A program made the translations under genes and the position numbers. From the human T2T-CHM13v2.0 reference genome, Homo sapiens, in assembly GCF_009914755.1 (NCBI RefSeq), contig NC_060930.1: DNA of 64,000 nt; one strand, 5' to 3'. Below are positions 47,873 to 64,000 of this stretch, in pieces. The notes under the pieces are model-generated. The model saw nothing but the letters and a program-made list of their open reading frames with translations, made no database searches and was not told the DNA's origin. Every line of letters begins with the position of its first letter. The first letter of the stretch is position 1.

Positions 47873-48385
47873 ACCTGGTAGAATTTGTTTGAGCCTCATG
47901 TATTGCATTATGGAAGGGTTTTTCTGGACTGTGAGTACACGTTTAAGTAAATAAAAGCTACTCACATTTAAAGCCTCAGTTTAATGAACAGATTTTTTAT
48001 TTACAAAAACTATTCTGTCAGTAATGGGGGTTTATGAGACAGAGGGAGGTTTCAGGCTGTGCTTGGAGAGAGTGCTTAAAAGGCAGTTAAGATGGTAGTG
48101 TAGAAGCTAAAGGGGGATTGTGAAGCCAGGCAGTAGCAGGGATGACTCAGAAAGGGGGCGAATGTAAGAGGCCTTGAGAGGAAACCAGTCCAGCACCCAG
48201 AGGTGAGATGGGGGAGGAGGCCCTGATGGCTGAGCCTTGTGCTGCATGCTGGAAGACGGGGTTTAAGGAGGAGACGCAGATTTGGGCGCAGGAGAATGGA
48301 CATATTGAAATTGACATCAGAAGAGGGTTATCAAAAAATAAACAAGGGAGATGTAATTTAGAAGCAATATTAAAGATTAAAATTA

Positions 48386-48712
<327 letters not shown>

Positions 48713-48808
48713 CTAAGTACATGTGATGGCAGCAGAATTGTGTGTATTCTCTACTCTTCTGTAGTTCCTCTTTTATTTTCCTTTTCATTGATTCTGAGTA
48801 CTACTTAC

Positions 48809-48920
48809 TAAAACGTGTTTTTTTCTCCAAAGTCTGTCAGCGATTCTAAGATATATTCACTTCAATGGGAAGTGACTGGAAGTCTTGGTGAACGTCGTTA
48901 TCTTTGTTTAAACAAAGTGC
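48809..48920 (-). pseudogene. SERPINB8-like exon 3 remnant
   Basis: ccag|GCACTTTGTTTAAACAAAGAT...TTTGGAGAAAAAA...|gtaagt; 112 nt (internal deletions vs 138). Confidence 0.85.
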
Positions 48921-49049
48921 CTGGTAATATTAAACAGCAATGCCAACTTCGAACATTGCCCTCTTACTTCCCCTAAAGAGGGACCTCCAAATGAATCTCT
49001 ACACAGAAAATTAGGTAGGGTCCTATAACGAAATGCTTTAATTGTCTAG

Positions 49050-49272
49050 CGCAGGGTTTCTCAACTGACGTATTGCTGATGTGTGAAGCCAGATCATTCT
49101 TTGCACTGGGTGCTGTCCTGTGCAGTGCAGGACATTCAGCAGCATCCCTGGCCTCCACCCCCTCCATGCCAGGCACACCTACCCCTCAATGATGATAACC
49201 AAAAATGTCTCCAGACATTGCCAAATGTCCTCCAGGCCGGGGCACAGTTGCCCCCTAGGTGAGAACCATGGG
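49050..49272 (+). mobile_element. MER20 DNA transposon
   Basis: cagggtttctcaact...aaaaatgtctccagacattgccaaatgtcc...gagaacca. Confidence 0.75.
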
Positions 49273-50214
49273 TCTGGCAGATTTATTCATGCTAGGAAGC
49301 CTTGATAACAGGAGGAAAACAGAACAGAAAAAAAAAAAAAATGAGTCTTCAGGTTTAAATCTAACCTGGCCCCAGGGAACACAAGAAAGAGCAGACATAA
49401 AACTGAAAATGTTTCACCAGTAATTTTACAGAAGTTCTCCAGGTAACACTGTGATTTAAATGTCAAGCCACAGTGAAAATTAAGGTTGTTCCTCTATCAC
49501 CGGCCCTTCCACCAGAAGCTGGAAGAAACAGCTGCAGGGGGATCTTCAGCTGAGGTCTGTGGATGCAGTTCGAGAGGTCAGCCAGACACCACTAATGTGA
49601 CTTGCACAACATTGCACAGGTGGTAACACGCCGAGACACTTCCCCAGATCATCAAAGAAACCTGAGACTCAGAAAGGTTAAGGACTGCTTCCCTAAAGCA
49701 GTGCCCACTACCTCATTTGTACATATGGTTCCCATCATCCATTTTGGGGCAGTCAGAATATATTTGCCCTCTAAGCTCCAGAAGATATACATTCTCATTT
49801 GTGTTTTTTTCTTTTTTCACGTATTCATTATCATCCACTAAAAATAACCCATTTTATGGAAGGTTCATTTACAGCTGCAATTCTATTTTAAACACATTTA
49901 GCAAAAGTTTAAAACAAAAAATTGAAATTGTCTTTTTGTGGAATAGAATTGTAGCTTTACCTTATCAAAGATGCAATTTTGCTGTGATTTATGGATGCTT
50001 TTGTCTAGAGAAAATAACTTCATCACTTGATTTCTCCCACAAACACTACAGGAGATTCCCCATCCTGCACAGTTCACCTTTCTATCCATTTCTGCCATGT
50101 GCTATCATGAGGTCCTTCCTGCCACCTACAGGCCACCCCAGCTTTTACCGGCTGATGTGAAGGTATGAAAAGGCCCCTCTGTGGAAGCACAGGAGAAAAA
50201 CATGCCATCATTCT

Positions 50215-50703
<489 letters not shown>

Positions 50704-51259
50704 CTGGATCAGAAGCACATCAACCAAGCCCTCTATGGCCACCTAGTCGTCAGTCCCGTCAGTGAACACTGGGGTGTAGCCAGCAGAATAATGCCCCTTG
50801 CCAAAGATGTCTTACCTCCTAATCCCCAAAACCAGTGACTGTCTTACATGGCAAAAGAGATTTTGCCGATGTGGTCCCTCTAGTTAAGAATCTTGAGATG
50901 GGAGACGTGCTGGTTATCTGGTATTATGTTCATTTTAAATGTTATTGTAATCAGGTTCTTCTGGCCTGTGTGCTCAGATCAAAGCCAGGTTTCCCAATGA
51001 CCCGGTAGCCAATTTGCAATGCTTAAATATGGTTTATTGCCAGAGACTCACACATACCCAATCAATCGAGCAAACATTCACAATACAATTATTTTTTTCA
51101 TTGTTTCTTTTCCTGTGAGTGATGGGAATGACATGATACAATTACTAAAGGCAGTAATGAGCGGAATGGCAAACCCAGGCTGTGGCTGAGGAGGCCAGCA
51201 CAGCAGACACTCCTCTCACACAGAGCCTCTGGGCAGCCCGTCTCACCGGGAGGAGGCAC

Positions 51260-51445
51260 TTTTTTTTTTCTATTATAAGTTTTAGGGTACATGTGCACAA
51301 CATGCAGGTTAGTTACATATGTATACATGTGCCATGTTGGTGTGCTGCACCCAGTAACTCGTCATTTAACATTAAGTATATCTCCTAATGCTATCCCTCC
51401 CCCCTCCCCCCACCCCACAACAGTCCCCAGAGTGTGATGTCTCCT
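51260..51445 (-). mobile_element. L1PA 3' end fragment
   Basis: ttttagggtacatgtgcacaac...ccccacaacagtccccagagtgtgatgt. Confidence 0.88.
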
Positions 51446-51734
51446 ACAGGCAGGAATTCTCAAGGTGCCTCTGACAGTGTCAGTTCCTTGCTGGTTTTAT
51501 GGTTTTCCCCAGGTGTGTCCGTCATCATCATCTCAGCCACCTTTTGGCTCCATTTTCTATCGGTTCCTTTTGGGTCTCAAGTGGTACATGCCACAGCAAA
51601 TGTAATCTCATCTCTTATACATATGTTTATCGCCTTAAAGAAAAACAACTTTACTATGAGCTCAGGCTCAGTCTAGTACACATACGCTTACCACTTTAAG
51701 GAGTAAACAACTTCACTGTGGGCTTCATGCCACT

Positions 51735-52284
51735 TGAAAACCAAAAAGTATCTGAGGCAAGTCTGGATCAATTTAGAGGTTTATTTTGCCAAGGTTAAGG
51801 GCATGCCGATGACACGGCCTCAGGAGGTCCTGAGAACAGGTGCCCAAGGTCAGGACACAGCTTGGTTTTATACATTTTAGGGAGACATGAGACATCAATC
51901 AATACGTGTAAGATGTACTTTGGTTTGGAAAGGCAGGACAACTGGAAGCAGGGGCTTCCAGGTCATAGGCAAACCCAGAGGTTTTCTGAATCAATAGAAA
52001 GGAATGTCTGGATGATGATAAGGGGTTGTGGACACCAAGCTTTTATCATGCAGGTGAAGCCTCCAGGTAGCAGGTGTGAGACATAATAAACCGTAAATGT
52101 TTCTTATCAGACTTAAAGAGTCTGCTCTATCAGTAATTCCAAAACGGAAGACTGCATAATGAGGCATGTCCGGCTCCCCTTCCCATCATGGCCTGAACTA
52201 GTTTGCAAGTTAGCTTTGGGCCTTTACCGAGAGGACGGGTCCATATAGAGGACTGAGGGCTTAGAATTTTATTTTTGGTTTACA
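51735..52284. mobile_element. MER4-group ERV1 LTR
   Basis: ttattttgccaaggttaagg...ttttatacattttagggagacatgagacatcaatc...ttttggtttaca. Confidence 0.75.
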
Positions 52285-53026
52285 CACATAACACAAGCCA
52301 CTCCATTTTTAGACATTAGGATCACAAATCATTCTTATAGATCATCTGGGTGGGCTCAGTGTGATCACAGGTCCTCATGAGAGAGGGAGGAGGGCCACAG
52401 CCAGAGGAGACGTGAGGACAGAGGCAGAGGTCAGGGTGATGCGGAGCCACAAGCCATGGAACACAGGCGGCCTCTAGGAGCTGGAAAAGGCCAGGAAGCA
52501 GATTCTCCCCGGAGCCTTGGGAGGAATCAACCCAGCTGACCCGTTTTGGAGTTCTGACTTCAGAGCTGTACGGTGTAAAGCTCGGTTGTTTTCAGCCATT
52601 TGAGGTTTGAGGTAATTTGTGATGGCAGCAATAGGAAACGAATACACTGGCTTAGTCACAGAGTAGCCAATATGGGGCCTCAGCAACAGGACTGCTGCAG
52701 GGCTCACAGGCACCCTCAGAGACCAGCTGGCTGTACCCGCCCCTAGTGCAAACAGGCACAGCCCTAAGTTCTTTATGTGCCTCTCAGCTAACCCTCACTA
52801 TCACACACCGAGGCCCTGCAGTAAGTACCCACCAAGATGAGGAGACTGAGTTTGTTCCCGATCTCCTAGGTGGTTGGTGTCAATGAAGTCAGGGTTGGAA
52901 ACTGTGATTTGATTCCACAGCCTGCATCCTTGATCATTCCATAAAATCCCGATTGCTGCTAGCTCCTTCCCAATTTGGTGTCACTAATATAATTTGTAAC
53001 CACTGTTCTGTGAATAAAGAATGTAA

Positions 53027-54151
<1,125 letters not shown>

Positions 54152-56674
54152 TAATAATAGTAGAGTAGGATTCTCTTTGGCTGGGTCACTATTCAATAAA
54201 ATATTAAAGTTCATCCATGTGCCTCTGTTTCCCAAAGTCTCTTTGCTGTTACTATTGAGGACATTTTAGGAAATGAAGAGACAAATCATCCACAATCCAA
54301 TAACCCTGCAAGCTATTTTTCTATATTATGTTATCCTCTCTTTTATCATATGCATGTATATTTTGCTCACATTTTTTAAAGCCACATAAGAAATGTATGT
54401 TTCCATTTGGAAAATTAGAAAATATGCAAAGCAAGAATTACAGAAAACTCTATGCAGAGATAAGGATCATCATGCATGTGCTGACTTTTATAAACAGGTG
54501 TATCATCCCCTGATCTTGCTTCTTCCACATCACCAGTGGACTGCAGTGCCTCACCCTGCAGTTGTGAGGCTATACTCCCTTAAGCCTTAGCAGGGGTCTT
54601 CTGAGTCTCTCAGGGGCACGATGGGAAGGAAAAGGAGCTGAGTGGATGAGGCGGGAGATGGGAGACAATTATTTCAAAGAGTGCACCTCCACTGTCAGAT
54701 GTTTTGTTTTAGCTTTCTGCTAAAATATTTTTTAAAAGGGAGTGCCTCACACTTAAAAAAGGCGTGAAGGCCATTTTTACATACAGAACAACAAACAGGC
54801 CAATCAGTGCAAATTCTTTTACATTTCAATGAGTGAAAATGTCAGCCAAGAAAATGCCATCTAGTGATATTTGCACAACAGTACCCTACACATAATAGGT
54901 CATGATTCTAGAACAAAATGTGAAAGTTCATCCATTGTCCTCAAATAATCAAGCCTCTGGGGAGCCTTCCAGGGCAGCAGCTGCTAGAAGGTTGGTGTCT
55001 GTAGTGTCTCCAGCACAGCAGGGTCTGGTCTGTGTCCAGGCTGCTTCTGCCATGCTCAATCTCACCTTACTCTTGAAGGAAATAAAAGGCTAGGAAGCCA
55101 GAAGAAATACTCACACTGAGGGCACTGGCCCACCAGGGATGGCATTAGCAAAAGAGACTCAATGAGGATGAGAAAACAGAGATGACAGAGACCCAAATAA
55201 CATTTGAATTGGACTCTACCTGCAAGTGGAGCTTTACCATCCAGGTGAGGCAGTCATAAACCTAGGCTGGAGTGTGTGTGTGTGTATAATCATCCTGTCG
55301 GAACAGGCAAAGGAATGAACTGGAGTACCCATCAATGTTGACTCTCCATTAAACTGCTCTTAATTCCTTACAATCACGTACTTCTGGCCTCTCCTGTCTT
55401 CCCTCTTCCTCCCTCTCACTTCCTCACCTCTTTCCTTTCCAGCCTGTAGGTACTGGTCATTATCTACCCCATAGCAATGACACACACACATGCACACACT
55501 CACACACAAGTGTGCCTTGGGGGTGTGTCCCAGCTCACACTGATGGTTAGGCTGACGCTGGAAGGAGACAACAGGGCGACTCTCTTCTCCGCCCCCTCAG
55601 GTTCTTCTTGGTACTCCACTCCCATTTGCACATTAAAGATTGTAAGAGAGTTGGAACTTTGGACATGGATGGACCTCTCCCAGTAAATCTAGAAGGCATT
55701 CATTCCAACAGCATACAAAACAATACTGGTGGGTGCCCACGCCACAACACTATGGCACCATAAATATACTGCTATAGGAAAAGTTTGATTTCCAGCCATT
55801 GAACTTGACATTGAAATTCCAGCCTGGGTGCAGTAGGGTGAGCCTGTAGTCCCAGCTACTCTGGAGACTGAGGCAGGAAGAGCACTTGAGTCCAGGAGTT
55901 CAAATCCAGTCTGAGCAGTATAATGAGACCCCCTTCTCTAAAAAACAAATAAATACATACATTGGCATCAAACTAGTTTCCTTTTTACACATAAAAAAGC
56001 AAGGTGGCTGCACTCCTCTCTCCCCACACACGCTCCTGCTGATGAGTTTATTCCAAGAGCACCGATGCAGACCTTCCCTTCCATTTTTGTGGGGAAAGAA
56101 AATGATCTGGAACTCACGCCAGAGGGGAGGGCACATACAGGAATTTGCTGTTGCGGGTCAGCCACATGTTCACCCATAGCAGGAAGAGCCAGCTTTGGGG
56201 GAGCCAGGGTCTGCTGTTTCCTGTCAGAGGGGCAGTGGCGAGACCCTCGGGAAGCCCCAAACTTCCCAGGAACCCTCTTGGCAGGGCAGCCGGTTTCAGG
56301 CATCTGAACTCTATCTGCCGTCTGGAGAGTCATGAGTGCTTTTAAACAAATGTAGGATGCAATTACTTTGGAGTTTTAGGGAAACCATATGGATGGCCGT
56401 CTGATGTGGAAAAGCTAGGGCGCCTGTCGGCAGTCCACGGCCATAGAACTGCAGCTGCCAGGATGCAGCTGGAGAATTAGGACATGAGCTGCTGCCATGA
56501 CTAGCACAGGTCAGGGGGCGGGCAGAGGTGAGAACTGCTCTGAGAGGCTCCAGCAACATTTATACCCAAGGAAGCCCAGTGGGAGTGGGGGTGTTCCACT
56601 GGAGGCACGTGGGACATCCCAACCGCCCCTGTAAGCAAAGACAGCCCAGGATATTCAAATATAAATATAGGTAG

Positions 56675-57610
56675 TGTCACAGGAGTTGAAACCAGAGCAA
56701 CTCCATCTTGAACAGGGGATGGGTAAAATGAGGCTGGGACCTACAGGGCTGCATTCCCAGGAATTTAGGCCTTCTCAGAAGGCCAGCACAAGATACATGC
56801 CACCAAGACCCGCTGATAAAACAGGATGCAGGGCCCAGGGCAGTGGGTCACACCTGTAATCCCCAAACTTTGGGAGACCAAGGCAGGTAGATCGCTTGAG
56901 CCCAGGAGTTTGAGACCAGCCTGAACAACATAGCAAAAGCCCGTCACAACAACAACAAAAATTTAAAAATTAGCCAGGCATGGTGGCACACGCCTGTAGT
57001 CCCAGCTACTCAAGAGGCCAAGGTGGGAGGATCACTTGAGCCCAGAAGGTCGAAGCTGCAGTGAGCCACGATTGTGCCACTGCACTCTAGCCTGGTGCTA
57101 GAGCGCACTCTAGTCTCAAAAAAATAAATAAAAACAGGATGCAATAAAGAAGCCGGCCAAAACCCACCGAATCCAAGACGGTGACAACATGACTTCTGGT
57201 CCTCTTCACTGCTCATCATACGCTAATTATAATGCCTTAGTATGCTAAAAGACACTCCCGCCAGTGCCATGGCATGCCAGTGCCACAGCAGGAAGTTACC
57301 CATGTCTGGAAGTTACCCTATGTGGTCTAAAAGGAAGAGGAACCCTCAGTTCTAGGAAATCCCTGCCCCCTTCCCAGGAAACTTATGAATAATCCACCCC
57401 TTGTTTAGTGTATGATCAAGAAATAACCATAAAAATAGCCAACCAGCAACCGCTGGGGCTGCTCTGCCTGTGGAGTAGCCATTCTTTATGCCTTTACTGT
57501 CTTAATAAACTTGCTTTCACTTTACTCTATGGACTCACCCTGAGTTCTTTCTTGTGCAAGACCCAAGAACCTTCTCTTAGAGTTTGTCTCAGGACCCCTT
57601 TCCAAGAACA
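56675..57610 (+). mobile_element. MER41 LTR interrupted by an AluJ (56832-57135)
   Basis: tgtca...gaaaccagagcaactccatcttgaa...ctgcattcccagg...gaagttacccta...cttaataaacttgctttcacttt; Alu TSD aaaacaggatgca. Confidence 0.85.
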
Positions 57611-57980
57611 GTAGGGCGTTGGCATGAGTGGCACTTCTAGAGACAGACCTTGGATGCCATCTGCATCCCTGTGCCAGGAAGTTCTATGGAAGTGGAGGAA
57701 ATTAGTTGGAGGTTATAGTGGAGACCCATGAGAAGAAATCCACCCAATTCAGGGGAATGTCCAACATTTGAAGTTGACTGGGTACCTGAGAGAGTGTGGG
57801 AGCCCGAGAGGGAAGGTTGAGGGAGGGCAGGAAAGCCCCTGGCAAAGTGAGATGTGGAGGGAGGGGCCCACTGGCCGCCACAAGGGCAGCAGGGAAGAGG
57901 CGTGTTTCCAGCTGAGGGGAGCTGCCAGTGAAGAAGGAAGATGGGAGGTGTTTTGCTTTTTTAAAAAAGCAGTAGCAACA

Positions 57981-61506
<3,526 letters not shown>

Positions 61507-62000
61507 AACGTGAGACGGTTGCTGTAGATGCGGGCGGCGAGCATGTCAGGACTTCCCCTCCTCCTATCCGGTGACTCCTTGGACCACATCAACCCAGAGC
61601 AACAAGACCCATTGCCCCTGCTACCTGGGGCCCGCATGGCATGTCTGAGCAATGACCCCATCCTCGCTGCCCGCTGCCCAGCTGGCGGACCCTGCCAGGT
61701 TCTTACTGCGATGGCCACTCCCCAACCACCACACCCGCAGCACCTCCACGCTAGTGGCTCCTCCCCACCCAAGGCTCCTCCCTGCCCACAGCTCCTCTCA
61801 ACCTGTAGCTCCTCCCCTCCAGCAGTTCCTCCCTGTGACCCCCGCGCCTGCAGCTCTCCCTCCACTCCCCTGTGCCTGCCTCAGGCCTCAGTCCGCTTCC
61901 TTTCCCTAAGCTCACTTGGAGTCCTGGCTCACCCATGGTGCCCACACTTCCAAGACTCCAGCACTTGGGAGGTTCCTGCCACCAGCATCACCATCACTAC

Positions 62001-64000
62001 TGCTACTGAAACACCAGGGGTTGAGTCTAGGTCCTGCTGTTTGCTGCACAGAAAGCCCGTGACTGAGACAAGCATTGCCAAGAAAGAAAGCTTTAATTGG
62101 GTGCTGCAGCCAAGGAGATGGGAGATCCACCTCAAAACCATCTCCTGGACTGACTAAAATTATAGAGCAGGGAAAAATGGACTATGTATGGAAAACAGGA
62201 ACTCGGGAGGGATAAAGAAGCAATCATGATGAACCAGAGGTTTGGCGTCGCATTGTCTGCATACAGCAATCTGGTCAGTTTCAGTCCTTTGATACCTTCT
62301 GAGAGGCCTAGGGGTCCTTTCTTAAGGAAGGAATTCAGATAAAACAAATATAAGTTTCAAGATTTGTGATCAGAGAGTCAATTTCCATGTTTATACAAAA
62401 AAAAAAAAAACTGTCTGTAGGACTCTTGGGTCGGTTTCAGTCCCACTTTTCTATTGATCAATTCCTCAATCCTGGGGAATCTGGCTGTCAGTCTTTCCGG
62501 CTGCTTCATGCTGAGAAGGGGCATTGTGGGCAGCTCCATACCAGGGGTGACCACGTGGCCACCCAGAAGTCAAAGGTTAACTTAATATAGAGTTTTCTTC
62601 TGAAACACAATCTTTCTCTCTCCAGGCCTCACTTCCACCAAAGACAAGTAACAGCAGGACCAACCTACATGCAAAAGAAACTTTAGTCCCCTACAGGTAG
62701 CCTGATGACCCACACAAAGCGCAGCAAGAATCCTTGTCCACATAGGCTCTCCTAGATTGGACTGGCTGGAACCTCTCACAGTGCCATTTCAGTCAAAGCC
62801 CTGGGAAAACAGCCAGTTCCTCCACTGTGTCCCAGTATACAAGAAAACAGATTCCTATTGAAGTTATGCAAACAAACACATTGCCATGAATTAAGAATAT
62901 TCATAAATGAATTACAAATTCTGGAGAAAGTAGGCAGAGAACAAAATATGCCTTAATTTCAGTTTACAAAAGTATAATCTACTCAATTGTTAAAGGCTAT
63001 AAATAGCTCAAAAGGAAAAATGTTCTCCAGACTCTGAAGAATCAGCAATGTTTCAAACAAACAAAAAAGGCCATGAAAAATTATTTCAGTCCTCCGTCAG
63101 TTCAATCCATGCAATCAACTCCTGCTCTACTTCATATTGGGTTAGTAATCTTTATGCACATCAGCCTTTCAACTAGTACCCTGGAAATATCCTCTCTAAT
63201 CCAATGGCACAATCTTCAAAGTTAACAGAAACCTGACTTCAAGAGTTCTTTTCATGAACTTCTCCAAAGAAGAAAACCCTGGACTATAGCTGATTAGAAG
63301 TAACTTTTTGAGAAGGATCAAAGCAAAACAATAATTGTGAATGACAAAAGTCTTAGGACAGCTGTAAAGATACAGTTGTCAATGACAGTGGGTTACATCT
63401 ATGGCATACAACAATTTAACATAATAATCATAATTACTACTGACAATATATACTAAGACATATCTGAATTTGAGGAATCTTATACAATCCTGGAACAAAT
63501 ATTAACGACATATCTATATAAATATAACCCAAAGGAAGCTAAACACCACCTCAGATTTGACAGTGCTTTCTGAATAATTCTAACATAACAAATAAGCCTA
63601 AATTGTCTCTCTTGGGCTTCAGAGAATTTAATATTCAAAAAAGTTAGTTTGAGGTCAAAAAGACTGAATTTAGAACTTGAAATTTTGCTCTTAGAAAGTT
63701 TGCCAAATATCAGTGTTAAGATACTTGATATCACAAAATAGAACCACAGGTCACTATAAAATAGTCATTTATTTAGCCAAAATGATAAAACAAAAACATT
63801 TACCTTTTGATAGAGAGGAGATTCAGCTTCCCAAACAATAAAACCTAATAAACACAGCATGAGGCCAACGAAATCTGTCTCTCCCCCTCCATTTTTTCGC
63901 TTTAGTTTACAAAAAAGGTATACAAAAATCTTTTATCTCTTACTAATATTACACAAATATTTTGTTCAAAAGAGAAAATCAGAATTTTACCTTTGTATGG
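62001..64000 (-). mobile_element. ERV1 (MER4-group-like) provirus fragment: 3' LTR (62001-62439), polypurine tract, non-coding internal region running off the window
   Basis: Minus strand ...AGAAAAGTGGGAC|TGAAACC LTR start; AT-rich decayed internal sequence. Confidence 0.6.

Noticed and set aside
61510-62157. 209-aa Pro/Ser-rich ORF
   Set aside because: Low-complexity C-rich sequence running into an LTR; no recognisable homology

Overview
Human genomic DNA: Alu/L1/LTR content plus a human-specific SVA_F1 element. It is recognisable as the clade-B serpin cluster at 6p25. The only intact protein-coding gene is SERPINB9 (PI-9, granzyme B inhibitor) on the minus strand. It has a non-coding exon 1 (~41439-41550) and six coding exons (168+138+118+143+156+408 = 1131 nt, 376 aa), all with canonical GT-AG junctions. 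Two unprocessed serpin-B pseudogenes flank it in the same orientation. The left one (SERPINB9P1-like) has remnants of exons 2, 4 and 5 and a CpG-island promoter at ~13.5-14.7 kb. The right one (SERPINB8-like) has remnants of exons 2, 3 and 4, with exon 2 split by an Alu. The rest is mostly transposon-derived: near-full-length L1PB, LTR12, LTR5 solo LTR, MER41, MER4-group LTRs, a MAST2-SVA_F1 and more than 20 Alus. The observations most worth testing are: (i) a ~1 kb compound VNTR upstream of SERPINB9 with ~22 copies of the HIF core TACGTG; (ii) an LTR12 whose R/U5 part alone appears strongly C-to-T biased; (iii) orphan copies of both SERPINB9 exon-5 splice junctions in other introns; (iv) a pseudogene exon 2 that keeps its acceptor, Kozak ATG and open frame and has a new strong donor; (v) a MER41 with STAT/GAS sites. 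Together these suggest a repeat-built regulatory array for SERPINB9, but that is inference. No wholly new gene system is demonstrable from sequence alone. Repeat family names and boundaries are by eye and approximate.
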